This document shows, in pieces, positions 50,695 to 61,186 of a DNA stretch of 64,000 nt. The notes beneath the pieces were generated by a model. It did not search any database, was not told the origin of the DNA, and saw only the letters and a list, made by a program, of their open reading frames with translations. The stretch covers positions 576,001 to 640,000 of the forward strand of contig CAVOKF010000004.1 of assembly GCA_963696385.1 (NCBI GenBank). The letters are read 5' to 3'. This DNA is from an uncultured delta proteobacterium (GTDB lineage: Bacteria; Myxococcota_A; Polyangia; Polyangiales; Polyangiaceae). Within the stretch, counting starts at the first letter, position 1. Every line of letters begins with the position of its first letter. Both the position numbers and the translations under genes were made by a program.

Positions 50695-51624
50695 TCAAAG
50701 ATCGTCGTGAAATAGCGGCTCTCGGTTCCGCACGTACCGGTAAACGAGCTGGCGCGCCTCCGCGGTGATCTCGGTGAACTGAGCCCCGAAGCCTGGCGGG
50801 GCGTCATTTCCAGCATCGCTCGGCTCGCGTCGCCACCTTACGACCGCATTGGCCTCGAACTCGTAGCCGCCCGGAAGCGATACGCGCACCCGTACGGGTT
50901 GCCCAATCTTGGGCAGTCGATACGTCGAGACGAACAAACCGCCGTGGTCGATGATGTCATTGCCCGACAGGCCCTTGTAGAAGTTGCTCGGACTGTGAGC
51001 GCCGAGCTCGGCAGTTACCGTACCCCCGTCGGAAGCCGCGGAAGCGGGGGGGCCGCCTCTCGGCGGAGCAAACGGCGCCTGGGCCGTAGCAGGCTGCGCG
51101 ACTGGCCATTGGGCGGCCTTGGCTTGCGGAGAGGGCGATTGCGCGTACTGCGCCTGAGACGGGGGCATGATGGGCGCGCGCGCGGGCTGCGCCGCGGTCG
51201 GCGGGACAGGTGGCTGCGCTGCCGGCGCAGGGCGTTCCGGTTGAGCGACTATGGTGGGCTGGAACGCCAAGCCTTGCGCGGCCGGTGCGGGCGGGATCAC
51301 CGCTTGCGCTCCCACTCGGGTCAAAGCGTGGACGGTTCCGAGCGCGCCGGCAACGGCCTCGAGAGCGGCTGCGACGGCCTGGTTTTGCGGAGGATGTGCT
51401 TGAAGCTGCGCGAGCGCACTCTGAATATGCGAGAGTGCGGCTTGCGCGCTCGCTCCGACTTGGGCTCCGCCGGAACGCTCGATCTGGTGGAGGGCGCCCA
51501 TGGCCTGGGCGATCGGTGCTGCGAGGTCAAGAATCGGGCGGGGAACGTTTGGGTCACCCTGTAGAGCGTCGAGCCCACGGGCAAGCGACTCTCGTGCAGC
51601 GCGCGCTAGCGAGACGACATCGGA
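50695..51624 (-). CDS. Myxobacterial PilZ-like (TIGR02266-type) domain protein
   Basis: SNFY, GGLFVST, AVVRWRR, PGFGAQF, REPLF; N-terminal helical region and P/A/Q linker. Start uncertain (51624 or 51723). Confidence 0.75.
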   Translation of the reverse strand, partial: SDVVSLARAARESLARGLDALQGDPNVPRPILDLAAPIAQAMGALHQIERSGGAQVGASAQAALSHIQSALAQLQAHPPQNQAVAAALEAVAGALGTVHALTRVGAQAVIPPAPAAQGLAFQPTIVAQPERPAPAAQPPVPPTAAQPARAPIMPPSQAQYAQSPSPQAKAAQWPVAQPATAQAPFAPPRGGPPASAASDGGTVTAELGAHSPSNFYKGLSGNDIIDHGGLFVSTYRLPKIGQPVRVRVSLPGGYEFEANAVVRWRREPSDAGNDAPPGFGAQFTEITAEARQLVYRYVRNREPLFHDDL

Positions 51625-51768
51625 CAAGTTCGGTTCTCCTCGCGGAGCGTGGCGGGAAGATCCCCGAACCCACTCCGTCGTGACAGGCCAAGAAGGCGGC
51701 GGTGTTGCCTCAACCCCTACCATGCGATCGAACCGTAGACGCGCTCTCTGTGCAACGGGAAAGCGTGC

Positions 51769-52647
51769 TCAGGTGCGTGCATCCATGACGAGGTCCGCGA
51801 GCTCACCCGGACCGAGCAGGTCGTCGTCCTCGGTGCGGCCTTCGAGAAGCTCGACGGCGTCGTCACTGGCGCGAACAACGGCGACGCCGTCCTGGCGTAT
51901 CGCGGCTTCGGAGACGAGGAGTGCTTTGGGGTATTCTCGGGTAGGCCGAACACGCAGAAGGGTCACGAAGCGCGTCCCAATTTCCGTCCACGCGCCCGGC
52001 CATGGCGCAGCCGCCCGAACGCGTCGTTCGATCCGCTCGGCCGTCCACGACCAGCGGATCGCAAGCTCTTGATCTTCGGGCTCCGCCGCGCTCGATGCAG
52101 CGTTCTCGTCTTGAGGGATGGGAGTCGGCGCCCGCCCGTCGGCGTACCTGCGCACGACATCGCGCAACAGCGCGAGGCTCGGCCGGTCGAGAGCGCGCGC
52201 CAGTTCCCACGCGTTCCAGGTGGGTTCGATCCGAAGCTCGCGACGGGCTAAGATCGGGCCCGTATCGTACTCAACGTCGAGGCGGTGAGCCGTAACGCCC
52301 GTCATTTCGTCCCCGCAGTCGAGTGCCCAGAAATACGGGTCCGGCCCGCGGTGACGCGGCAACAGCGACGGATGCACGCCGATCGACGACGCCAGACTGA
52401 GGATCGCGGGTGGCAACTTCGTCGTCCAGAACCAGCTGACGACGAGCTCGGGTGAGGCGGCGCGCACCCGAGCAAGGGTGTCTTCTGTGTTCGCATCCGG
52501 GCGCAGCCACGTTCGTCCGGGCGCGACACGAGCCGACAGCCGGCGAAGGCCTGGCGCGCACCTGCACGCGGCCGCGTAAACGATGTCATGACCGTCGCGG
52601 TGGAGAAGCACGGCGGCGAGCGGCAGGCCAAAGAACGCAATCCTCAC
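51769..52647 (-). CDS. Formyltransferase-family protein (Fmt-like)
   Basis: MRIAFFG, HPSLLPRHRG.DP, TGVTAH, YDTG, RA..PWPGAW. Confidence 0.8.
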   Translation of the reverse strand: MRIAFFGLPLAAVLLHRDGHDIVYAAACRCAPGLRRLSARVAPGRTWLRPDANTEDTLARVRAASPELVVSWFWTTKLPPAILSLASSIGVHPSLLPRHRGPDPYFWALDCGDEMTGVTAHRLDVEYDTGPILARRELRIEPTWNAWELARALDRPSLALLRDVVRRYADGRAPTPIPQDENAASSAAEPEDQELAIRWSWTAERIERRVRAAAPWPGAWTEIGTRFVTLLRVRPTREYPKALLVSEAAIRQDGVAVVRASDDAVELLEGRTEDDDLLGPGELADLVMDART

Positions 52648-52674
52648 CTCGCCGCTCCTCGGCGCGCTCGCGCG

Positions 52675-53796
52675 TCAGGTCGTCGTGGCGGTCGGAACCA
52701 ACACGCTCGCGGGCTCTTCGCCGGACTGACGGAGCAATGCGGTTCGGACCGCGTGCTCGCAAAGCTGCCAGAGCTGTTGGCGATCGGTGACGCGACCCAG
52801 AAAGCCAATCGGGATGCGGAAGGCGCCCTTGTCGCGCCGCCCGCCCCCGTAGGGGCGCCCTTTCTCGTCGGCCCCGAACGCTTGTTCGATCCACGCGGCC
52901 GGATCGACACTTGGAGAGTGCGTCCGGAGCGACCCTTCGATGTACTTTTCGCCGATGACTCCGTAGACCACGCACGTGTCGATGTCTTCGCGGCGCACCA
53001 AAAAATCGGCTGCCTGAGCAATCGTGTCGCGCTCCGCCTCGCTGACGAAACCCACTCCAGCCATTGCGAAGTTGCGCCGCACGACCAGCGCTTGAAGCGC
53101 GCGCGCAATGACATCCATGGCGGTCGGCGCAATGAGTCGCCGCGATAGGTCCTGCAACAAGTCCCGGTCGCACACCTCCGCAATGAGCCCTGCCGCTCGA
53201 AAGTCGGCCGCTCGCGCGAGCATGAAGTCGTCCGTGTCCGTCGACAGGCCGTGCATGAGTGCCGTAGCGATTCGTCGGTCCTCCTCGACGTCCCCATCGA
53301 GGCTCGAGAGCTCCTGCAGATATTCCACGAAGATGGTCGCCGTAGCCCCCACGTCCAGCCGCAAGTCGACGAATCGCGCCTTCGGAGGCAGCGCGGCTCG
53401 ATGGTGGTCGACGATTGTCAGCATCTCGTAGTCTCCGGCGTCGCTGAGATCCGGATCGAGCTCGTGTGCGTCGACCAGAGCCACGAAGTCGACGCGCTCG
53501 ATTTCGTGCACACTTTTGACTTTACGAAGCTCCAAGCCCAGAAGTTTTACGAGCGCGCGGTTCTCTCGGTGGCTCAATTCATGGCAATAAGCCACGGTCG
53601 TTTGGGCAACCCCGAGTCGTTGTGCGATGTGAGCTTGTGTGATGGCACAGGCAATTCCGTCCGGGTCCGGATGCCCTCGGAGCGCAATGAGCACGTGCTT
53701 TCCTCGTGCCGCGGCGAGGGCCTCGGCGAAGGCGCGGGCGCGAGACTCGGTCGTCGGCGGACTGGGCAACGCCAAGCGTCGAACGGATTCGGTCAT
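52675..53796 (-). CDS. DHH/DHHA1 phosphoesterase (NrnA-like)
   Basis: HPDPDG, LVD, IVDHH, GATAT, TDTD, GSLRT, GGGR. Confidence 0.9.
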   Translation of the reverse strand: MTESVRRLALPSPPTTESRARAFAEALAAARGKHVLIALRGHPDPDGIACAITQAHIAQRLGVAQTTVAYCHELSHRENRALVKLLGLELRKVKSVHEIERVDFVALVDAHELDPDLSDAGDYEMLTIVDHHRAALPPKARFVDLRLDVGATATIFVEYLQELSSLDGDVEEDRRIATALMHGLSTDTDDFMLARAADFRAAGLIAEVCDRDLLQDLSRRLIAPTAMDVIARALQALVVRRNFAMAGVGFVSEAERDTIAQAADFLVRREDIDTCVVYGVIGEKYIEGSLRTHSPSVDPAAWIEQAFGADEKGRPYGGGRRDKGAFRIPIGFLGRVTDRQQLWQLCEHAVRTALLRQSGEEPASVLVPTATTT

Positions 53797-53928
53797 CTTG
53801 GGTGGAATGGTGGACACGTTTGCATGTATAAATCTAGCCACCCTCCCGCCACACGGATAGTGCTAACGCGCAGCCCTCGTCGAAGACCGGGAAAAAGACC
53901 TACGAATCCACTATAAGCGCGCCGGCGG

Positions 53929-55671
53929 ATGCAGGCACGTCCAGTCCTTCGCGCGCCGTCGCTGCGACTTCGGCGTACGCTTGCCGTTCCGCTTGCGCTG
54001 GCGCTTCCGCCGCTTTTTTGGGTCGTTGACGCCACCCGGCGCGCGTCCGTCACGACGCTCGGTCGCGACCAGGGAATTTTTCAGTACGTGGCGTGGGCCT
54101 TGTCGCGCGGCGCGACGGATTACCGCGACATTCGGGACGTGAACGGTCCGCTCACGCACCTGGTGCATCTCGTTTTCTTGCGGCTCGGCGGTGCGGACGA
54201 GCATCGGTTCAGGCTGCTCGATTTGGCCGTGACGGGCGCGACTTTCGCGTTCGTCGGGTGGTGTGCGCCGGGCGCATGCTCACGTCGTCTGCCGCGCGCC
54301 TTCGAACGAGCGGCCTGGGCCTTGGCCGCCTGGGTCACGCTGAGCGGGCAGTATCTCGCCTACGGGTTCTGGGATACGGCGCAGCGCGAAAGCTTCTTCG
54401 ATTGGTTCTTGCTCCCGAGCGTAGCTCTCCAGCTTATCGCGCAGAAAGCTCGCGCTGCGTCCCGAGGTCACGGTCGGGCTGCACACTGTCCGATGCGACT
54501 TCTCGTCGTGGTGGGCGCGCTCAGCGTCATCCCATGGTTCGGCAAGCCCACCTTCGCCCTGTTTACCTGCGCACAGATCGCGACCGTGTGGATGGATCGA
54601 GGCACGGCGTTGACGCCCGCGAAATCGCTGCTCGCCTTCGCGATTGGCGGAGCCGTCGGCGCGGCAACCCAATTCGCGTTCCTCGTCTCATGGGGTGACC
54701 CCGTGGCGTACGCACGCATCCAGCTCATCGACGTTCCAGCCATGTATCGGTTCATTTGGCCGAGAGCAGCGGCCGACATCTTCTCGGCCCCCTTCTTCGG
54801 GACGTACGCGATCTTCGCCATCGCGGGTGCCGTCATGTTCTTCGCGCTGATTCTGACGGGGGAGATGCCGGTTCGCACGGCTGCCGTCGCCCTCGCTCCG
54901 GTTTGCGCGCTCGTGAGCGTTGTCGTCCAGGCAAAGGGATTTCTCTACCACTTCCACCCGGTGACGGCCTGCGTCCACCTGCAGTGGCTCGTGTTTGTGG
55001 CCTGGATCTCGGAAAGAGCCGGCGTCGCGCGCAAGCGCTGGGCCGGTGCGCGCCTCGTGCCGATCGCGGTTGCGACGCTCATCTCCCTGCATGTCGGTGC
55101 GGAGTTGCTTGACTCGCCCACCATTCGCGACACCTGGCTGCTGTGGGCCGCAGAGACGCCCGAGCGCCGCGCCGCAGCGGAGTACTTCGAACATTTCGTG
55201 CGTTCCGATTTCTTCCCCACCGACATGCGCGAAGCGGCCGCCTATCTGCGCACCCACACGGCGCCGGGCGACGGCGTTCAGACCTACGGGATGGACCCGT
55301 ACGTTCTCTTCTTGTCGGCTCGCATGAGCGCGACTCCGTACATCTACGCGTACGACCTGAACGCGGATGCGGCGCTCGCGGGTGGCACCGGGGGTCGCCC
55401 CGACGCCGTGCAAGCCGATCGGATCCGCGAGATGAGAGACGCCAGAGAATCCGACCTGCTGCAGCGAGTTCGCGAACGTCCTCCCGCGGCGTTCGTGTTC
55501 ATCGACAACTCGCCGCTTCTTTCGGAGGTCGATGCATGGGACGACTTCGAGGCCCATTGCACGCGCACCGCCGCCTGGGTTCGCGCGGGGTATCGAGAGT
55601 CGGCGCGCTTCGGCCACGATCATGTCTGGCTCCGCGTCACATCCGCCCCGGTGCCCCCGCCGGGCGGATGA
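53929..55671 (+). CDS. Polytopic GT-C-type glycosyltransferase-like membrane protein
   Basis: RDQGIFQY..W...YRD..DVNGPL N-terminal loop; many TM helices; soluble C-terminal domain. Confidence 0.65.
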   Translation: MQARPVLRAPSLRLRRTLAVPLALALPPLFWVVDATRRASVTTLGRDQGIFQYVAWALSRGATDYRDIRDVNGPLTHLVHLVFLRLGGADEHRFRLLDLAVTGATFAFVGWCAPGACSRRLPRAFERAAWALAAWVTLSGQYLAYGFWDTAQRESFFDWFLLPSVALQLIAQKARAASRGHGRAAHCPMRLLVVVGALSVIPWFGKPTFALFTCAQIATVWMDRGTALTPAKSLLAFAIGGAVGAATQFAFLVSWGDPVAYARIQLIDVPAMYRFIWPRAAADIFSAPFFGTYAIFAIAGAVMFFALILTGEMPVRTAAVALAPVCALVSVVVQAKGFLYHFHPVTACVHLQWLVFVAWISERAGVARKRWAGARLVPIAVATLISLHVGAELLDSPTIRDTWLLWAAETPERRAAAEYFEHFVRSDFFPTDMREAAAYLRTHTAPGDGVQTYGMDPYVLFLSARMSATPYIYAYDLNADAALAGGTGGRPDAVQADRIREMRDARESDLLQRVRERPPAAFVFIDNSPLLSEVDAWDDFEAHCTRTAAWVRAGYRESARFGHDHVWLRVTSAPVPPPGG

Positions 55672-55690
55672 TCGCGCCCGACACATGCGC

Positions 55691-55863
55691 TAAGTACACC
55701 GCCTCAGAACAAAGGGCTCAGCTGGGCGGTGTGCTTCAATCGCCGGGAGGCGATTGGGAGTTTGGAGCGAAGCCCCAACGAAATCACCCTAGTACGGCGC
55801 CAGCCTGCAACGCAAGGCGTACCCCGCGCAGCTCGGTACCGCTGAGCGGGGCGCTGTACTAGG
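55691..55863 (+). repeat. Structured intergenic repeat, full copy B
   Basis: Aligns with the reverse complement of 35365-35535; same hairpin architecture. Confidence 0.9.
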
Positions 55864-55883
55864 ATGACGGGTCCTGGGCAGAT

Positions 55884-58208
55884 ATGACGGACGACACCGC
55901 TGCTCCGACTGCCGTGAGCCTTGCAAAACCAGGCGATCCCGCAAACTCTCCATCGCGGCCGGCGCTCCCGCCGGCCTCCTCTCCTCGGCTGCCCGCGACC
56001 GAGGTTCCGGACGTCCGCTCGACGGCGCTTTACCTCAATCGCGAGCTGTCCTGGCTCGAGTTCAACGCTCGCGTTCTCGCGGAGGCCGAGAGCGAAAGTG
56101 TGCCTCTGCTCGAACGGCTGAAGTACCACGCCATCGTCGTAAGCAATCTCGACGAGTTCTTCATGGTGCGCGTGGCCGGCCTAAAGCAGCAGCTCACCGG
56201 TGAAGTCGACGAGATGGCGCCGGATGGGATGACCGTCAGCGAACAACTCACCGCTATCGCGGCCCGCGTCCATTCGCTGGTCACGACGCAGTCGCGGAGC
56301 CTGTCGGCGCTTCTGACCAAATTGGCGGACGCCGGAATCGTCATTCTCAAGAGCGAAGAGCTTTCCGACGATATGCTCGCGGACCTGGAAGCACGCTTTC
56401 ACAACGACGTGTTTCCCATTCTCACGCCGATTGCGATCGACCCGGGGCACCCGTTCCCGCGCGTTCGAAACAAGAGTCTGAACCTTGCCGTCATGTTCAC
56501 GCGCGAAGGGACGCTCGAACACGGGTTCGGTGTGGTTCAGGTGCCGTCGATGTTGCCGCGGCTCTTGCCCATGGCGGGGGTCCGCACCCGAAGCGGCGCG
56601 CCCGCCACGCGTGCCTATGTGTTGCTCGAGGATCTCATCGCGCGGCACGCTTCGACCATCTTTCCGGGCGTGCATATCGACGGACTTTACGTCTTCCGCG
56701 TGACTCGCAACTTCGACATCGAGGTCGACGAAGAGGAAGCCGAGGATCTGCTGCAGTCCATCCAGCAGGAGTTGCGTCGTCGAGAGAGGGGCAACGCCGT
56801 CCGCCTCGAGGTCGCGGGGGATCCGCCTGCCGGTTCACTGGCGAAGCTGGTCAAGGCGCTGAAGCTCGATCCCGAAAGGGACGTGTATCCCGTGGCCGGG
56901 ATTCTGAACGCCGCCGATCTGATGAGCGTGAGCCGTGAGGAAATACGCGGGCTGCGCGACGAGTCGTTCATACCTCACGCCGTGCCCCCCCTTCGCGACG
57001 CCGACGACGTCTTTTCGGTCCTGCGCGAGCAGGACGTGCTGCTTCATCATCCCTATGAATCGTTCGACGCGGTCGTGGACCTCGTGGCGCGCGCTGCAGA
57101 CGACCCGGACGTGCTCGCAATCAAGCAGACTCTGTACCGGGCGGGAGGCGATTCGCCGATCGTCAAGGCGCTGGTGCGGGCGGCCGAGAGCGGAAAGCAG
57201 GTGACCGCGATCGTCGAGCTCAAGGCGCGCTTCGACGAGGAGTCGAACATCGTTTGGGCTCGCATGCTCGAGCAGGCCGGCGCGCACGTCGTGTATGGCC
57301 TGCTCGGGTTGAAGACGCATGCCAAGTGCCTGCTCATCGTTCGTCGAGAGAAGGGCAAGCTTCGGCGTTATGCGCACCTGTCGACCGGGAACTACAATCC
57401 GACGACCGCACGGCTCTACACGGATATTTCGCTTTTCACGGCGCGAACCGATCTGTGCGAGGACGTCTCGAGCCTCTTCAACTTGTTAACGGGCTACAGC
57501 GCTCCGCCCAAATGGAACAAGATGCTCGTCGCGCCGCTTGGGCTCCACGAGGCGGTCCTCGGGCTCATCGCACGCGAGGCCGATCACGCCCGGGCAGGGC
57601 GCCCCGCGCGAATCGTCGCCAAGATGAACGCGCTCGTGGACGCTGACGTGATGGCCGCGCTGTATTGCGCTTCGCAGGCCGGCGTGGCGATCACGTTGCT
57701 CGTTCGTGGGATCTGCTGCCTTCGGCCGGGTGTCCCGGGAGTGAGCGAGACCATTGAGGTTCGAGCACTGGTGGATCGGTTCCTCGAGCACGGGCGTGCC
57801 TTTCACTTTATCAACGGAGGGCGCGACGAGGTGTACCTGGCCAGCGCCGACTGGATGCCGCGCAACTTCCACCGGCGTGTCGAGGCGATGTTTCCTGTCG
57901 AGGATCCGGCCATCCGTGCTCGATTGATCGACATTCTGCAGATCCAGTGCGCCGACAACGTGAAGAGCTGGGCGCTCCGCCCGGACGGCAAGTACGAGCG
58001 CGTCTCCGCCAGAGCCGGCAACGCCATCGTTCGGTCTCAAGCGCGGTTCATCGAGATGACCCGCGATCGCTTGAAGGCAGCGGACGGCGTAGCAACGAGC
58101 CGAAGGGTTCATCTGCATTCGTTGCCCAATGGTCGAGGCAATTTGGACAGCAAAGCGAGCGAAGCGAGGCGGGTGCGGCGCGAGGCCCGCCAAATGAAGA
58201 AAGTTTGA
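55884..58208 (+). CDS. ppk1: Polyphosphate kinase 1
   Basis: NRELSWLEFN.RVL, SNLDEFFMVRVAG, HHPYESF, ELKARFDE, KTHAK, RFLEH, ADWM.RN. Confidence 0.97.
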   Translation: MTDDTAAPTAVSLAKPGDPANSPSRPALPPASSPRLPATEVPDVRSTALYLNRELSWLEFNARVLAEAESESVPLLERLKYHAIVVSNLDEFFMVRVAGLKQQLTGEVDEMAPDGMTVSEQLTAIAARVHSLVTTQSRSLSALLTKLADAGIVILKSEELSDDMLADLEARFHNDVFPILTPIAIDPGHPFPRVRNKSLNLAVMFTREGTLEHGFGVVQVPSMLPRLLPMAGVRTRSGAPATRAYVLLEDLIARHASTIFPGVHIDGLYVFRVTRNFDIEVDEEEAEDLLQSIQQELRRRERGNAVRLEVAGDPPAGSLAKLVKALKLDPERDVYPVAGILNAADLMSVSREEIRGLRDESFIPHAVPPLRDADDVFSVLREQDVLLHHPYESFDAVVDLVARAADDPDVLAIKQTLYRAGGDSPIVKALVRAAESGKQVTAIVELKARFDEESNIVWARMLEQAGAHVVYGLLGLKTHAKCLLIVRREKGKLRRYAHLSTGNYNPTTARLYTDISLFTARTDLCEDVSSLFNLLTGYSAPPKWNKMLVAPLGLHEAVLGLIAREADHARAGRPARIVAKMNALVDADVMAALYCASQAGVAITLLVRGICCLRPGVPGVSETIEVRALVDRFLEHGRAFHFINGGRDEVYLASADWMPRNFHRRVEAMFPVEDPAIRARLIDILQIQCADNVKSWALRPDGKYERVSARAGNAIVRSQARFIEMTRDRLKAADGVATSRRVHLHSLPNGRGNLDSKASEARRVRREARQMKKV

Positions 58209-58295
58209 GGCTTTCCAGCAAGAAGGGGACTCGAGCGGGTTCCCCTGAGCAGAAGCCCGCCGGTCGCAGGGGCCGGGTAGAGTAAGCCTTCCCGC

Positions 58296-60206
58296 ATGGA
58301 CGCTCCCCGCGCCGTCGTCGTACCGTTCGGCGTCCCTGAAGAGGGACGCGGGCTCGGGCTGGGCTTGGCGGCTCTGGTGCACGCGTTCGTTCGCGTCGAA
58401 GGGACTGGAGTGGCGATGGCGCAGCTGCATGCGCGGCGGCCCGAAGACCGGTTGGGCGCGGCTTCAGCGCCGGTCGAAGCGTTCATCCCGCCCGCCGCAT
58501 GGCGAGACATGTCCGGGCGAGGAGACGGACCGACGGGCGCGGTGGTTGTCGTGACGGGTTCGTTCGATCCGCCGTTCCATGGACACGGGACGATTCGCCT
58601 AATGGCGTTCGATGCGGGCGACGGTCAGGTGTGCGCGACTCTGGACGCAAACCTCGACGGCGAGCGCGCAGGCGCGACCGTCGTGGATGCGTTCGACCGG
58701 TTCTGCGGTCGGTTACAAGGCGAAGTAGGGGCTCTAGGAGGCATACGGGAACTCGGGTGGGAGTCGCTCGAGAGCGTGTTGCGCGCCGAGCGTTGCGCTC
58801 TGCACGACCCGGCACGTGGTGGTCCCTACGATCGCCTCGCCGCGATGATCCATCTCGGTCGCGCCATTGGCGACGCGCCGCACGCCCGTTACCCGATCGA
58901 TCGGATCGCCTCGCTGGCGCTCGAGGCCGCATCGGATCCTTCCCTGGATGGCAAGCTCGCCTCGGCCGCCGTCCGGGCGCTCGAGCGGGCGGTGGCCGAC
59001 GCGTTTACGAACCCGGAGTTGGTCGAGGCGCTCGCGGCCGTCTTGCTTCGAGTCGGGCGGTTCCACGACGCCGAACGGCGAATGAACTCAGCCATTGCAG
59101 TTGCGCCGAAGAGGGCCCGTTCCTACGCGTTGCTCTCTCAGGCACTCCGTGCTCGAGGCGAACTGGACGGTGCGCTCGCCACCCTGCAGGCGGGCGTGAG
59201 GTCGGTGGGTGCCGACGTCTTGCTCGACATCGAGCGCGGGACGGTCCTTGCCGCCTCGGGCGACTCCGAGGGCGCCGTCGCCGTTTGGCGCGATGTGCTT
59301 GCGTCGGATCCGCTGAACCCCGCGGCCTTCGCGAGGCTCGCCGCCCTCGTTCTCAGGATGCACGACACGGCCACGGCACAATGGCTGATCGACGCGGCAC
59401 TTGCCGCCACCGCCCCCCCGCTCGACGTGATTCGTCACGCCGTTCTGCTCGCACTCGGCACCGAGGCCGAGGGCCTGGCTCGCGCGTCACGGGTTGCGCG
59501 CTTGTGCACGCAGTGGCTGCGCCGGCTCCCGGGCGATCCCACGGGGTTGATTGTCATGGCGCGGGCGCACTTGGTCCTCGGCGACGAGAAGCAGGCGCGC
59601 GCCCACTTGGACCAGGTGGAGCGGGTTGCCCCGAAGTCGGCGGCTGCGGCCGAGGTTCTCGCGATGAGGCTCGCGCTCGACGATCCGTCCGCCGAACGCG
59701 AAATCCAAAGCGCACTTCGAGCGGCACAAGGCGCTCCGGTCGATCGTCTCGCCGAGGTGGCCGTGCGCGCGCGCCGGCTGGCCACCGTCCACGGCGCATG
59801 GACCGGATGGCTGGCGGCAGCTGTTGCCGATCGGCGGCGCGGCCGTCTTACCGCCGCCCGAGGCGCATTGGAGGTGGCACTCGAGATCGCGCCGGGCGCC
59901 GTGATCGCGCACCTAGAGATGGCCGACGTGCTCGCAGAACTCGATGATCCGGGCGGTGCGGTTTCCCATGCGCAAGCCGCCGTGGCGCTCGAGGGCTCGT
60001 CGCCACGGGCGCTCGGACTGCTCGCGCGTGCTCTCGGACAGGTGGGGCGGACGGCCGAGGCGATGGACGCGGCGCGCGCCGCCTTGGCTATCGAGCCCGA
60101 GGACGTGCAAACGCGCGCGTTGCTATCGCGCTTGGGTCGAAAGGAGGATGCCCCGGGCTGGATGGATTGGGCGAAGCGGAAGATCGCCGCATGGACGAGG
60201 CATTGA
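58296..60206 (+). CDS. TPR-repeat protein
   Basis: Multiple A..A...P-type helical repeats in the C-terminal two-thirds. Confidence 0.8.
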   Translation: MDAPRAVVVPFGVPEEGRGLGLGLAALVHAFVRVEGTGVAMAQLHARRPEDRLGAASAPVEAFIPPAAWRDMSGRGDGPTGAVVVVTGSFDPPFHGHGTIRLMAFDAGDGQVCATLDANLDGERAGATVVDAFDRFCGRLQGEVGALGGIRELGWESLESVLRAERCALHDPARGGPYDRLAAMIHLGRAIGDAPHARYPIDRIASLALEAASDPSLDGKLASAAVRALERAVADAFTNPELVEALAAVLLRVGRFHDAERRMNSAIAVAPKRARSYALLSQALRARGELDGALATLQAGVRSVGADVLLDIERGTVLAASGDSEGAVAVWRDVLASDPLNPAAFARLAALVLRMHDTATAQWLIDAALAATAPPLDVIRHAVLLALGTEAEGLARASRVARLCTQWLRRLPGDPTGLIVMARAHLVLGDEKQARAHLDQVERVAPKSAAAAEVLAMRLALDDPSAEREIQSALRAAQGAPVDRLAEVAVRARRLATVHGAWTGWLAAAVADRRRGRLTAARGALEVALEIAPGAVIAHLEMADVLAELDDPGGAVSHAQAAVALEGSSPRALGLLARALGQVGRTAEAMDAARAALAIEPEDVQTRALLSRLGRKEDAPGWMDWAKRKIAAWTRH

Positions 60207-60240
60207 CCTACGGACGCTGAGATCTCTCGATTGACCGTCT

Positions 60241-61112
60241 TCAGTGGTACGTGAAGCGGAGGTCATGGTCGCAAATTCTGAATACATCGCCCTCGGCGAT
60301 CGGCCTTCGAGTAATCCGCTGGCCATTGAACGTGACGCCGTTCGTCGAACCCATATCGACCATGAAATACACGCCGTTCTGGAATTCGACGAGCGCGTGC
60401 TGCCGCGAGACGTTCGGGTCCTTGAGCGTCAAGTCGCTCGACTGCTTGCCGCGGCCAATCGCGAACCTGTCCTTGGTGACGGCGAACCGCTCGCCATTGT
60501 AGAGGAGCGTCAAGGTCGCAGTTTGCGCCGCAGGCGCGACTTGGCCGTTGTTGCCTCCATCCATGGCCGCGCGCGATGCTGCGCCAGGCGACGACGGCAA
60601 CGGGGGCATCGATTGGAGCGCTCCTGTTGGCGCGGGCGCCCGCGACGCCCCGGGAACGGGGGGCGGAGTCGCGCTCATCGGGGGTAGGGGCGGCATGCCC
60701 GATGGGGCCCGAGCGACGGCTGGTGGTGGGACGGGTACGGCGCTGGGCCGATGCGGGGGCGGCAGCGGCATCGAGGGCAAAGGGCGTCCGGGGGGCGGCA
60801 AGACACGCCCTCCCGGTGGAGGAGGAAGCGGCGCCGGCGCTGGGGCACGGCCGAGCGCGGGGGGGGCGCACCCGCGGGGGCGGCGGACGCTTGGGGCAGC
60901 GCCGCACCTTGCGATGCGGGGTCGATGCGTTGGGCCGGATAAGGGGTCCGCGCAACTCCGTGGCTACGCTGGCGGGCGTACTGCTTCATCGCCTCATTGA
61001 CGAGGTAGTCGACGCTGCACTCGAGCTCGCGCGCCATTTGCTCGAACGCTTCCCACAGGACCTCACGACACTGAAATGTGCGGGCGTTCTTCTTATTGGG
61101 ATCCGCGCTCAT
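60241..61112 (-). pseudogene. RHH-like + Pro-rich + FHA protein, frameshifted at a C8 run (60859-60866)
   Basis: N-terminal RTFQC..LWEAFEQMA....SVDYLVNEAM (RHH-like) in one frame; FHA (IGR, VSRQHA, GSTNG) in another. One extra C restores a continuous Pro-rich linker. Confidence 0.8.
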
Positions 61113-61186
61113 CGCCTCGGTACGCGCTCCACGTGGTAAAAGTACCGCTCGTCAAACCGTTTGCACAGTGCGCATCGACCGCTGCA

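Noticed and set aside
55691..55863. Possible tRNA or CRISPR interpretation of the structured repeat
   Set aside because: No T-loop (GTTCRA), D-loop or CCA in a cloverleaf arrangement; no regular repeat-spacer periodicity and no cas genes.
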